Assembly (NCBI RefSeq): GCF_000315625.1
Contig: NW_005434594.1
Location: 180,482-244,481 of the forward strand
Reading direction: 5' to 3'
From: Guillardia theta CCMP2712
Taxonomy: Eukaryota > Protista > Cryptophyta
DNA length: 64,000 nucleotides
The notes under the pieces: model-generated
Seen by the model: only the letters and a program-made list of their open reading frames with translations
Database searches by the model: none
What the model was told of the DNA's origin: nothing
Part shown: positions 45,901 through 58,211 of the stretch, piece by piece
How the letters are laid out: each line of letters opens with the position of its first letter
How positions within the stretch are numbered: position 1 is the stretch's first letter
Program-made: the position numbers and the translations under genes

Positions 45901-46044
45901 GTAGAGGTGCCTCGTCTCTGCTGCTGGGTCGTTGGGGCGCTTGTAGGGAATATGAAGCCCTGTAATGCATTTCACCAGGCCAGCCTAAGGGGGATAAAGG
46001 GTACCTGTCGCCTTTCTGAACTTGCGGCTGAGGCGCATCGACAT
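42976..46044 (-). CDS. ALKBH8: ALKBH8-type tRNA wobble-uridine methyltransferase/dioxygenase (RRM + AlkB + Zn motif + Trm9-like MTase)
   Basis: [37 protein letters not shown] (HxD); CKCEFPEQCDSQ Zn motif; HVHEVYDTIASHFSETRYKPWPKV...DVGCGNG; terminal SYWDCSNWC. Confidence 0.92.
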
Positions 46045-46971
46045 TGCGAGCTGTGTCGGCTGATGGGAGAAGTCAAATGCATACAAAGATAAAGTCTCTT
46101 TCCTCATGCCTGGCTGTATCTTGCGCACTCTTTTACAGCACTATGCGCCTGCCCTCATGATATTTTTTCCTTTCCTCAATCTGAAACCAAACTATTTTGA
46201 CCTTCAACCCTCCATCTGACTGCATTGCGTGCACATCCCACGATCCAATCTCTTCTCCTCCAATGCATCTCTCTCCTTTTTGACAACCTCGTTCTATCAC
46301 ATATCCTCAACCCCCGGACTCGTTCCCCAGCCTATCTTTTCCCTATCGCTCCACCTCCCAGTCTGCGACAGCTATCCATCTGCCATCTCGAACGATCTGT
46401 GTCGACATTGCCACACGTAGTCATGCACAGAACATGGCCTCGTCCATGCCATCATGCCTGATCTGGCGCTTCAAAAGGAAATCGTGGGCATATTTTCAGC
46501 CTGACATTCTGCTGACATTCAGCATGTGGCCGCATCCGGTCTGAAAACATTCCCGGTTACGCACCCGGGCACCGTGGCAAGTAACGGATCATAACCGTTT
46601 CGTGCAGTACGGGGAGGCCGCCATGGCTGACGGAGCTAAGGTAATGGTGTGAGGTGTCGGTGCAAGTTGGGCAGGGAAAGACGGAAAACATGTCCTGTGG
46701 TAGATGATGAGGAGTTCGCAAAGTTGTGGGAAAATGACAACAGGTTTCTTGTTGAAATCCTCAGATGCATACGAATCATTTGCACGTATTTGCGTCAAGT
46801 TGGACTGAACACATCTGAATTATCGAAGATGGGATGAGGAGAATTTTGAGGATTTTGCATGATGGGTGTGATAATGTCAGAGGCTTTGAAAGCAACTAAG
46901 CGAGAACAGAACGAAAATTAGTAGCTGCAGCTTAGTTGTGTCGATGTGAAATTTTCGGTTGATTCCACGTC

Positions 46972-47468
46972 ATGGCAAAGGAGATGCCTTGTGATGAGAG
47001 CTATGGCCAACATGGCGATTGATGGAATGAAATAACTTTTCGGTTGTAGGTTGAGTTTAAGATTACCCTCACATCGGATCCCAAGCTGCCTTACAAGGTG
47101 ACTGCACCATGTTACCAGTCCATTGAGTGACCCTTCCTAGGTAGTGAAGGTTCCTGAGAATGCTCCCTTCACAGCAGTGCTCAAGTTTGCTGCAAACGAG
47201 GTAATTCATTATTACAATTGTACTTCTGCCGTCTTTCCTTCGCCTTCTTCTGTCCGATGCCTCACTGTTCAACCATCGCACAGTTCAAAATCTCGGCTGA
47301 GAGCAGTGCAATTATCACCAACGACAACGTCGGTATCAACCCTGCTCAGTCTGCTGGTGATTCTGGATTTGCTGGTGGTGGCCTGGTGTCTAATATCATT
47401 GTGCAGGTAATGTATTCATGAAGCATGGTAGGGATCTTCGCTTGATCCCCCGTGACCGTGTAGGATAG
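46972..47468 (+). CDS. UFM1: Ubiquitin-fold modifier 1, five short exons
   Basis: VEFKITLTSDPKLPYK|VVKVPENAPFTAVLKFAANE|FKISAESSAIITNDNVGINPAQSAG|NVFMKHGRDLRLIPRDRVG*. The first exon is uncertain. Confidence 0.95.
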
Positions 47469-47649
47469 ACAGCTCTTATGAATTTCTGAAAATCTCGTTA
47501 AAGAATGATCCCGAACTCGCGAAATGCGTGAATGTGCACACATCATCTCGAACATTTGTACAAGAAGAATGTATATGAATATACATGAGATGTGGTAATG
47601 ACTGCTTGCAGTCTATCTAGAGTTAAGTTTCTAACTAAGCTGTACAAGA

Positions 47650-48054
47650 TCACGATTCCGAGAAGAAGTGCTGCTTCTCGCAATCCATGGGTGAGTCTTC
47701 AGAGTTGATGCTCCAAGAGGGATGAGAACGAGGAGCTTGAGGCTCTGGCTCACACGTGTCCTTGATCTCGAGTGCATTGACATCGACCTTGAGATCAAGA
47801 TGGCTCTGTTTGCACCGCCGAAATAAGATGGGAGTTGGTGACTGGCGAGCATGCCAAATAGTCTCTCCCTGGCTCCGACTCCTTGTTAGCTTTGGAGATG
47901 AAACTCTCATCCTCTCCAGACGGTCAAACAGAGTCTCGTCCAGGGTGTTGGGGGATCTGCTTCTTTTTTCCTTGAACGAACCTCCTTGACTCAATGAGAC
48001 TCTTAGTCGTGCAGGCGATGAAAAGCCACTGTTGTCCCCCTTTGAAGCAACCAT
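47650..48054 (-). CDS. Hypothetical Ser/Arg-rich protein (134 aa)
   Basis: ATG-initiated ORF downstream of a TAG acceptor-like site. No family recognised. Confidence 0.5.
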   Translation of the reverse strand: MVASKGDNSGFSSPARLRVSLSQGGSFKEKRSRSPNTLDETLFDRLERMRVSSPKLTRSRSQGETIWHARQSPTPILFRRCKQSHLDLKVDVNALEIKDTCEPEPQAPRSHPSWSINSEDSPMDCEKQHFFSES

Positions 48055-49597
48055 CCTGCCGCGTCTAGAAAAGTACGTGTCAGCAATCTAAATTTCAGAC
48101 CAGTGATCTACAGAAATGCAATGATAATCTTCGAAGGGGAATTTTGAAAATATGCATGGATAGCAAAGGGACGGCACCACAGCATTCAAGAGGAAAAGCA
48201 GTCATTGAGAAAGCATTGTGTTCGACAACAGATTAGAGCACGTCATACTCAAACATTCAGCTTGTGTGCCATGACGGTGTACTTGAAGACAATATGCACA
48301 AATTGGTCGGTTTGAATCCAAATGTGTGCAACGCTAGGATATCGAAGTCGACTCAACATTCAACAGACTAATTATTCTTGCTCTTCATTGTGGAGGAGAA
48401 CGGCGTCTTGTGAAGGGGATGGGGCATCGGAATGCAAGCACAACATTCGGAAGTCGGTGGCAAAGTATCGAAAGACTATGGCCATGATATGAGCACATGG
48501 TTCGATCATGGTTGCAATTCAACAGTGAAAATGGAAACATGGAAAATGAGGAACAGGATCCAATGAAGAGAGAAAGAGCGGAACAGGACGTGGGATGGCC
48601 AAGAGGAGAGATCGAAAAGGAAGAGAATCTCTGAAAGGATGTTGCGAGGTGGGATGGGAGGGGGCGAGGGCAGGGGGCGAATGGAGGAGGAGGCAAAGGA
48701 AAACGAGTTTGGCGGGGGCGGGAGTTGGAGTTGGAGCCAGTCGGGGACAGCACTAATCGGATGGAGGGGTTATTATCATACGGGTAGTTCTTAGAGAGAA
48801 AATATGTTAAAATGAGGGTAGGGTAGTAACCATCTGTACCCCGTGGGGGGTGGACATACGAGAGTCGAGAGCGTTGGCGTTGGCGGCAATCCGGTTGCCT
48901 TCCGTTACAAACCGTTTTCAGTTTCTCGGCGGCGTGAACGGTGGCCCGGCCCAGGCTGCCTGAGCGGCCCGATTCAGCCTCCGACTCGGAACTTTTTACT
49001 GACCAACCGTGGCAAGCCTTGGTGACTCACAGTTCAAGTGCTAGTCAACTTCAATCCATGATGCAAGTTGCCCTGAGGCCGCGGCTTGAAGCCGGACTCC
49101 CGGCAGGCGCAATTGACACAACAGCCGCCCCAGCCGGCCGGGTCACCCGGGTCACCGGGTAGCGCAGGGGATGATCCCGGATCATGAGGATGGTCCTGCG
49201 CGCACTGCCGCACTGAGTTCAATGAAGGTGCCGTACTATTAAATTAAGTAAAGATATTATGATCAGTCAAGTCCAGTCAGTTTCAAGTTTGGCAATCGGC
49301 CCGGCCGCCTCAGTCCAGGATCGGACTGGGATGCCATCATCGGATGAGCCGTGACGGTTCAACGGTTGGTTCTGCGGCTGTAGTCGCCGTATGGCCTGTG
49401 CGACAGTGACGGTCAAGCCTCCTCTACTCTCCTGATTGTCATACCGTCACTCAGATTTTTTAACGCGACTCACAGTTAACTTTGATTCCCGCTGAGTCAC
49501 TTACCGTTGGCAGAGAAAACCGCCCGGCCCGCCGGCAAGGCGCTCCCCGGGGGTCTGTCCTTTCCAAGCAAGCGAGGCGAGCCCGGTGGAGGCCGAC

Positions 49598-52500
49598 ATG
49601 GCAGGAAAGGTAGATCTGTCGGTATGCGGACGAGTCTGCTTGCTGGGGGAGCACTCAGACTGGGCAGGAGGGTACAGGTAGGTGCCTGTATGATTGTTCC
49701 TCTCCTTCTCATGCTCTGCTTGTATGATCGTTCCCCTCCTTCTCATGCTCTGCCCCTTCCTCATGCCTCGTCTCTCAACACCATCATCCCCCAACAACCC
49801 CCTGTCGCATCTTCCTCCCTATGGTGCCCTGAGCCTTTAGGAACAACCATCCCTCTGACTTGCTCCATCATATCCTGACCCCTTGCGGACAAGACCTGCT
49901 TCTTGCGCTCCCATTGATACCTATCGTGACGTCTTGGTATCGACGATCTGACCACCTTCTGAAGGAGGACACACGCCAAGATCTTGCCAGGGCGATGTAT
50001 CGTTACAGGGACTGACCAGGTAAGGACGGAGCATGGCCATGGAGCAAGGGCCTGATGCTGACTTGCAGACGTTGGAGGCAACAGCATGGGAGCACCCTAA
50101 CAAGCTCATCCTGACGACGACGAGGGACAACGGGGAGGTGGTGGGACCATGGGAGTGTGACTTTCGGGACGAGGAGCTCTTGAGAGTAGCAAAGGGAGGA
50201 GGGTTCTGGAGCTATGCTGCGGGTGTTGCATATCAGGTGAAGACCTACTACCCGGTGAACGGTCTCGTTGTGGAGAATCACACAACGACGCTGCCGATGA
50301 AGAAGGGTTTGTCCTCCTCTGCTGCCTACTGCGTGCTGATAGCCAGGGCGTTCAGCAAAGTGTACGACCTGAGGATGCCTCCGAGGGCTGAGATGGAGAT
50401 GGCGTACTTGGGGGAGATCCTGACCCCGTCTCGGTGCGGGAGGATGGATCAGTGTTGTGCCTTTGGCAGAGTGCCTACCCTGATGTTCTTCGACGGGGAC
50501 TTGCTGCAAACAGAGAAGATAGACCCTCCCAAGGAGCCGATCTTCCTTGTTATCGTCGACCTCTGCGCTGCCAAGGACACGATGGAGATCCTTTCCTGCC
50601 TCAACAAGGCGTATCCTGTTGCCTCGAATGAGATTGAGGAGGGGGTGCAGAAACTACTTGGGGAGGTGAACGAGAAGATCGTGAAGGAGGCGGCAGAGGT
50701 TATCTCGCAAGGGGACGCGAAGCGCCTGGGGGAGTTGATGACGTATGCTCAAGAGCAGTTTGATAAGTTTGCTATCCCAGCTTGTCCTTCCCAGCTCACC
50801 GCTCCGAAGCTGCACGCCACTTTGACCCATCCGTCGATCCAGCCGCTCGTTTGGGGGGGCAAGGGCGTTGGATCGCAAGGTGACGGATGTGCGCAGTTCG
50901 TGGCCAGGTCGGAGGAAGCCCAGCAAGGTGATAGGAAGAAGTGGGGAAGTGAGGAGGGGGAGGAGGGGGGGCGAGGAGGGAGAGGAGGGGGGACGAGGAG
51001 GGAGAGGAGGGGGGACGAGGAGGAGGATGCTATGTTGATCGTGGCATGTTAGAGCTCCTCCGAGTGTGCAGAGACGAGCTGCAGCTGAACCCACTGTCCC
51101 TCTCCATCGGCAAGAAGCACTGCGTCAAGACCTGCGTCATCCCCTGCGCCGGAGAGTCTCCCCTACTCTTCCCCTGCTGCCAAGTCACTCCTCCCGCTCT
51201 CTTCCCTATCGTGACTCAGGATGGGATCGCCCAGGTGGGTAGGGAGAGCCGGGGGGAGGACAGGAGGAGGACGAAGGGGGGGGGGGAGAAATACAGATAG
51301 CGATGCCGTCATCACAATGACCTTGTATGTGAGTTTGTGACGTGTTATCTACTGCAGCCGGCTGTACTGCTGCTGGTCGAAGAAGCCCTGTCGGCAGGTG
51401 GGTTTGTGCTGGCAACATGCGAGTCTGGTGATGCCGGTGGTTCAGGAATAGAGCGAGTCTTCCTGGTTGTACGGCCGGAGGATCGACATTCGTTCGACAA
51501 GCTGTTCTCAGGTGATTTGACACAGGGAGGTCAATGTTGCCCTGATGCCCTGCTGAAGGTTCGCTGCCAAGTTCAAGGGTCTTCAACAGACTTCCTCTGA
51601 AGCAACAGTCAGCCGCTCGGAGGTCTGGAGGGGAGGAGACTATGGAAAGGCGCCGTCTTACGGCTTGTTCCTCCCTGTGCCAGGTTGACGGAGCTTGCGA
51701 AAGTTGTCAAACTGGTCACGCAGGTGCGATGATTGCTGGTGGAGGTGATCGAAGCTGAAGTCTTGACATGGCAGGATGAGCAGCTGGGGTTGGGACATGC
51801 GATCCTCTGTTGTCGGTGATGGAGCATGTGTCTTGATGTGATGTGATATGCTCCGTTGATTCAATGACTACAACAACTCATCTCATCTCACATCATTTCA
51901 CTTCACATCATATCATCACTTCACATCATATCACATCATATCACAGCACATCATATCACAGCACATCACAGCACAGCACAGCACATCACAGCACAGCACA
52001 TCACAGCACAGCACAGCACAGCACAGCACAGCACAGCACAGCACAGCACAGCACAGCACAGCACAGCACAGCACAGCACAGCACAGCACAGCACAGCACA
52101 GCACAGCACAGCACAGCACAGCACAGCACATCACCTCTTGCTGTCGTTGCTTGTACTTGCAAACAAAAGTTAATCTCTCATCCTTCAGCTCTTACATGGA
52201 CGTTGGGGAACCATTCCTCGTTATGTTGGGAGATCATCTTTACTGCTCTGCGCTCCCCAACAAGTCCTGCGCACAGCAGGTAAGTCACAAAGACGCCAAT
52301 CCTGAGGGTCTCATCGCCTTTCAGCTACTTGAAGCATTTCAAGGAAACTGCATCGTAGCTGCCCATGTTCGTCATTCGTCGCCCTGGCTCCTTCTTCCTT
52401 CTTCTCCTTGTCCTCGCCTCATCCTCATCCTCATCTTCATCCTCATCCTCCTCCACCACCACCACCGCCTCCTCCACCTCCTCCCTTATCCTCCTCTACC

Positions 52501-53525
52501 TCTTTCATCGAACTCTCGCGTCCTGCCGTGACCGTTGTCTCAGATTAACGACGAGGAAGAGATCGGCAGACTTGGAGTTTTCCGAGGGGAGAAGTATGAA
52601 GGACGAAGCAACGCAATCATCTCTTCTGGCCAAGCGCCGCTTGTCGGATCCGTTCGTGAGGTGAACACATTTGATTGTTGTTATAAGATTTCTTTCTGCA
52701 CTTATGATTGTTCTCACGAGATTTTCCACTGCACGTGTCATAGCTATCATGAGAATTCTTTCTGCACCTGTGATCGTTATCACTCGATTTCTTTCTGCTA
52801 TCGTTTTCTTGTCCTCTCTCCCAGTCCTCGTTTGTGGGAAAATGTGTTGCTGCTCATGGTGTTGATGATGATGATGATGAGATGGTAGTTGTAGATGACG
52901 ACGATGATGACGATGACGATGACGATGATGATGATGATGATGATGACGATGATCATGATCATGATGACGATCATGATGAGGGTGATAATGAATGCAATGA
53001 CAATGACGATGCACATGTGTACATGACAAATTCTTGAATGTCCCCTTACTTGCTCTCTCCTCATAATCTCCCACCTCTCACAGGATGAGATCATGACGCT
53101 GCAGCGGCTCATCGAGAAGCCCAGCATACAGGTTGTCGTAGCTGCCTTTCTGCCTTTCCTTTCTGATCCTTTTTGACGAGCAGACCGCACGCGAACATCT
53201 CAACACTCCCGGACTTGCCCCTGACAAATATTTCACGGTGAGCCTGTGTAGGAGGGAGCTAAGATGGTGGGAAAGCAGGAGCAGGGAGGCGTGGAGGAGA
53301 AACAGGGGGGAGGAGGAAGAGGAGGAGAGGGAGGAGGAGGAGAGGGAGGAGGGTGAAGAGTCAAGATTAGAGGGAGGAGGAAGAGGGGAAGGAGGTAACG
53401 AGGTATCCCTGTAGGCGTTCGGGCAGTACATCCTCACCTGGTCATTGATGGAGATTCTCCACAAGGAGATGGCGCAAGTAGAAGAAGGGAAGACAGACGG
53501 GGTAAATCTCACCCACTGCCTTGAG
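49598..53525 (+). CDS. GHMP (galactokinase-like) sugar kinase fused to a C-terminal GalU-like nucleotidyltransferase; 3' end falls in the gap
   Basis: MAGKVDLSVCGRVCLLGEHSDWAGGYR; PMKKGLSSSAA; CGRMDQ; GGKGVGSQGDG. Then CVIPCAGES..LFP, LLVEEALSAG, QDEQLGLGHAILC, EPFLVMLGDHLY, LIEKP, FGQYILT. Confidence 0.85.
51950..52130. repeat. (CACAG/CACAT)n pentanucleotide microsatellite, intronic
   Basis: Directly visible. Confidence 0.95.
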
Positions 53526-53571
53526 GTAAAGTCGCCGCGCTCCTCCTCCTCGTTCTTAGCCATCCTCCTCC

Positions 53572-53671
53572 NNNNNNNNNNNNNNNNNNNNNNNNNNNNN
53601 NNNNNNNNNNNNNNNNNNNNNNNNNNNNNNNNNNNNNNNNNNNNNNNNNNNNNNNNNNNNNNNNNNNNNNN
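53572..53671. other. Assembly gap (100 N)
   Basis: Run of N. Confidence 1.
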
Positions 53672-53753
53672 GCCTCCCCCCCACCTTTTTCATTCTGACC
53701 CCGCCCCCCCCGTCGCACTTCCCTCCGCATGTCTCCTGCTCCTCCTCCTTTAC

Positions 53754-55178
53754 TCACTTGTAGACAAACTGGACACCTACAACTCCAGGCTTCTGCTGGT
53801 CCAGGCTCGAGTACCCCTGGGAGGAGGAGGCAGAGCAGTAACAGGAGGAGGAGGAGGAGGAGGAGGAGGAGGAGGAGTAATGACGAGGAGTGACGGAGAG
53901 GAGGAGGAAGAAAGAACGAGGAGAAGGAAACGAAAAGTCAAGTAGTGGAGAGGAGAGGAGAGGAGAGGAGAGGAGAGAAGAGGAGAGGAGAGGAGAGGAG
54001 AGGAGAGGAGAGGAGAGGAGAGGAGAGGAGAGGGAGAATAGTCAGCTATCATCTCAGCATGCTTGCATCTCCGACTCACCTCCTGTGCTTGCTCCAGCGG
54101 CAAGAACAGAGAAGAGAGGAAAAGACTGGGCCTGCAGTGGATAGTCAGCAGCTGTTGAGGAGGAGCAGGAGCAGGAGCAGTTGTTGTTGTTGTTGTTGTT
54201 GTTGTTGTTGATCGTGATGACGATGATGATCATAATCATGATCATGATCATGATGATAATCATGATGATGTGTAGCCGGCACCTGATCCTTCCTACCCAC
54301 GTCCATGCCTCGTCAAACCTCCGTTGCTTGCTCCACAGCCCAGAGAGGTCAGCAGCGATCTGACTGACTTGAGAGCACTTGATAGACAGCTGAGAGTGAG
54401 GAGGAGGAGGGGAGCAGGGAAGAACGTCAGGTGGAGGAGGAGCAGGAGAGTTCCTCTACCTGACTTCGGTGGAAGTTGATGCCCAACAGGAGCTGAGCTG
54501 GTTTCGAGCCGTACCAGGACCCCAGCAGCACCCGTCCTCCTCGAGCTGTATGATCTAGAGCCGCCTGGAGCCCCCGCGGATTGCCCGTCACCTCAATGGA
54601 GAGGTCGATGTGCAGGCGGCGCTGCTGAAGCTCAGCTGGGGTGAGAACGTGCTTCACGCCCATTCTGCGAGCAAGGGCAGCCCGGGCCGGGTCGAGCTCG
54701 ACAGCGACAACATGCTCGGGCCCGACGGTTTGGACGAGGATGGAGCTGACGAGCAAGCCGATCATCCCCTGCCCGAAGACCGCGACTCGCTCGCCGACCA
54801 TCGGGCGAGCATCCTGCACCAGGGAGAGAGCAGTCTCCACAGCTGGGAAGTAGCAGGCGTCTTCGTCAGAGATGTGCTCGGGGACGAGCATAGCGCCGTT
54901 GGCGCTGACGATGGCGTGAGATGAATGGGGAGAGAAGGAAAAGAGTCTTTTCCCCTCCCACTCCCTCGCTGATACTCCACTCCCTATCACCCTCCCCACC
55001 AGGGAGTAGCCGTAGGAAAGAGGATACGCCATTCGCTGCTCCTTCATGTCCTCTATGGTGGTATCCAGCTGGGCGTCCTCCTCGAACTCTCCTCGGAAAA
55101 TCTTCAGCTCAGTCCCGCTGCTGACCTGCAGGACGACGATGTGAGCCGAGGAGGGGGAACAGTACGAGGACGGGAACA

Positions 55179-55214
<36 letters not shown>

Positions 55215-55743
55215 GGGAGAAAGAAGATGGACAAGGTGAGAGAGGGGGGAGAGGAGAGGAAATGAGGAGGAGGAGGTAGAAGGGGATCTTAAGGGCGAGG
55301 AATGAAAATGAGGAGGAGGTAGAAGGGGATCTTGAGGGCGAGGAGGAAGGAAGATTACAGCAGAGCTGAGAGTCTGAAGAAGGAGCTCGTCCTTGGCGAG
55401 TCTGCTGTTGAGCTCGGCGACATCCTGCTCATACCGGACCTTGACTTGCCGAGGACCAACGAACTCAAGGATTGCTCGCTCGTTGCTCACTCCTTCCTTT
55501 CTGCCTGTTTCCTCCTCCTCCTTCTTCTCTCCCTCCTTCTCCTTCTCTCCTCCCTCCTCTACCTCCTCCTCTCCTTGCAGCTGGAACAACAAGTCCTTGT
55601 TCTTGGCTACAATAGTTGCCCTGCTGGACTTGAGCCGGTCGATCCAGCCAGCAACGTTGCAGGAGCGCGAGTTCAAAGGTGCCAGGCCCCTCCCGAAGAA
55701 GTAAAGCATGCACTTCCTCATCGTAGACAGGGCGCTGGACGAT

Positions 55744-55802
<59 letters not shown>

Positions 55803-58154
55803 TGCTGGAGCACTTATCACCCAGTCCGAGCTTCCCTCCGCGAGCATGCATCCCCCATGATCCTGTCAAGTATCATGAGCGTCCAGGAAGGCAGAAAGTC
55901 TCCCAGCACCTGGATGACGTCCTGCAACATCGAGAGGTCGAGGAAGTGCTTCTGCTGCACGCGCAGGTTGTCATGGTAGGAGGCCATCATCGCCACGTCG
56001 CCTGCGGCAGGGTGAGAGAAGGGAGGGCGTGGGGCGAGTGGACGGACTAGGAAGGTCTCCCTGCTGGTGGTGAGAGGGAAGGATGGTTGTCTCCCCGCAG
56101 AAGGAGATGGGAGCGTAGACCAGAGTCTTGCTGCGGGAGCCGGCGATGCGCAACAAAGTCTTGACGAGGACCTGAGGACGGGGAGAGAGGAGGAGGAGGA
56201 GGAGGAGGAGTGAGAAGCAGAGAAGGAGGAAGAAAGGAACAATCAGTGTGAGTTTAGACAGACGAGTGCAAAACAAAACAAGAGGCAAGTGCAGCAAGGA
56301 AAGCAGAGTTCAACAATTGCTGAAGGAGAAGCTAGGAAGAGAGCGACAAGGATCATGGCAAGGACAGCAGCACAAGCACCAGCACCACCAGCACCACCAC
56401 CAGCACCACCACCAGCAGAAGGAGGAGGAGGAGGAGGAGGAGGAGGAGGAGGAGGAGGAGGAGGAGGAGGAGGAGGAGGAGGAGCAGCAGCAGCAGCAGG
56501 AAGATGACGAAGATTTTTGTAAGACGGAGAAATTCGATACCTCCGGGTCCACAAGATCAACGAAGCAGCAGGCAACAAACAGGTCAACCCTGAAGGCCGC
56601 CGGGTCACGGATCGGCTCGCAGAACAGTCAGGATACCTTCCGAAAACGTTCGGTTTCATCCTTCTCACGTCATCCTGGAGTATCGTGACCCGCAGGTTGC
56701 CTCTGCTGAACTGCCGCAACTTTGCGCCCGGCGCTGAACTTCCTCTCTCCTCGTACCCCTGCGACTGTCATCAGCCCAGCAGCACAACGTCCTTCCCACC
56801 TTGGAAGCCAACAGCCTTCCAGCATGCTCGAACAAGGTCCCGTCAACTTCCAGCCCGATGTACTCCACCGGTCCCTCCCTCTCCTCCAAGAATTTCTCGA
56901 GCTTGAAGAGCATAGAAAGCAGCCCCGCTCCCACGTCTACGATCCTCAACGTCTCCTCCCTCCCCAGCAGCGCCAGCCTCCTGCACCGCAGAGAGTCAGC
57001 ACAAGGGTGCTGGTTGACCACAGGCATTACCTGAGCAATGCGCTGAAGACTTGTTCGTTCATCGATCTCTTGTCGATTACGTTCTTTGCCTTGATGTACT
57101 CAACGGCATCAAAGTTCCACTCGTCTTGGGGTGAAATCATTCCAAGAACTTCCAGCATAGCATCTTCTACAGGCCTTCCTGTATCAACCTGCCTGCTCCG
57201 TCACCCATCCTCACCGCATCATTCGCTTCTTCTCCTTCCTCCTCCTCCTCCCCTCCTTCACTCTTTCCCTCCTCCGCTCTTCCCCTCCTCCTCCAGTCTT
57301 CTCTTACTCGTCTTCATGTGCCCTCCCTCCACTCCTCCTGGACTCAATCACCTTCATCGGTCGTATGCCAGCTCCTTCAGCTGTCTTGAGATTCACGTCG
57401 CTGTCGTCAAGCAGCACACAGTCGGCAGGAAGAGCAGCCGCTTTCTTCAGCTCCTCCCAGAACTTTGGCTCTGACTGCACATCGTCAAGGACGGCACGTC
57501 AAGTTCCAGGAGAACAGAACGAGGGAAGGGGTCGAAGGAGAGGATGACACGGAAACAAAGTAGGAGGAGGAGGGGGCAGATACAGTGAGAAGCCGCAGCA
57601 GCAGCAGCAGCATCAGCAGCAGCATCAGCAGCAGCAGCAGGATGCTTTGCAATACTTTGGTCAGTCCTCCCATTTTCTCTGGAGTCGCTATGAAGTTCCA
57701 ACCGACACGGGAAAGGCCCAACGCATTCAGAACCTGCCGATGATGGTAAGATTTCCAAAGATCCTCCCAACAAGCAAAATGTAACCCTTCATTCTCCTCC
57801 TCTCCTCCCCCTCTCCCCATTCCTCTTCTGCTTTCCTCGCCAACTCCTTTCCACCTCTCCTCCTCCTCCCCTCCCCTCCTCCTCCTCCCCCTCCTCTTCT
57901 CCTCCTCATCCTTCCTTCTTGCTTCAGCATCAGCTTATTGCTTACCTTGTTCACGTGCCACAGCGGCGAGTTGCTAGCAATGATCTTCTTGCAAGAAGCA
58001 GAGGAGAGGAGAGGACGCAACATGCTTGCATGGCGGAAACCAGAATCGTCAGAAGAGGCGGGGTTGATAAGGAGCTTGGAGTAGTCCAGCGAAGAGAAGA
58101 CCTGAGGGAGACAAGGACAAGGACAACGATCAGCACAACGATCAGGAAGAGAAA

Positions 58155-58211
<57 letters not shown>

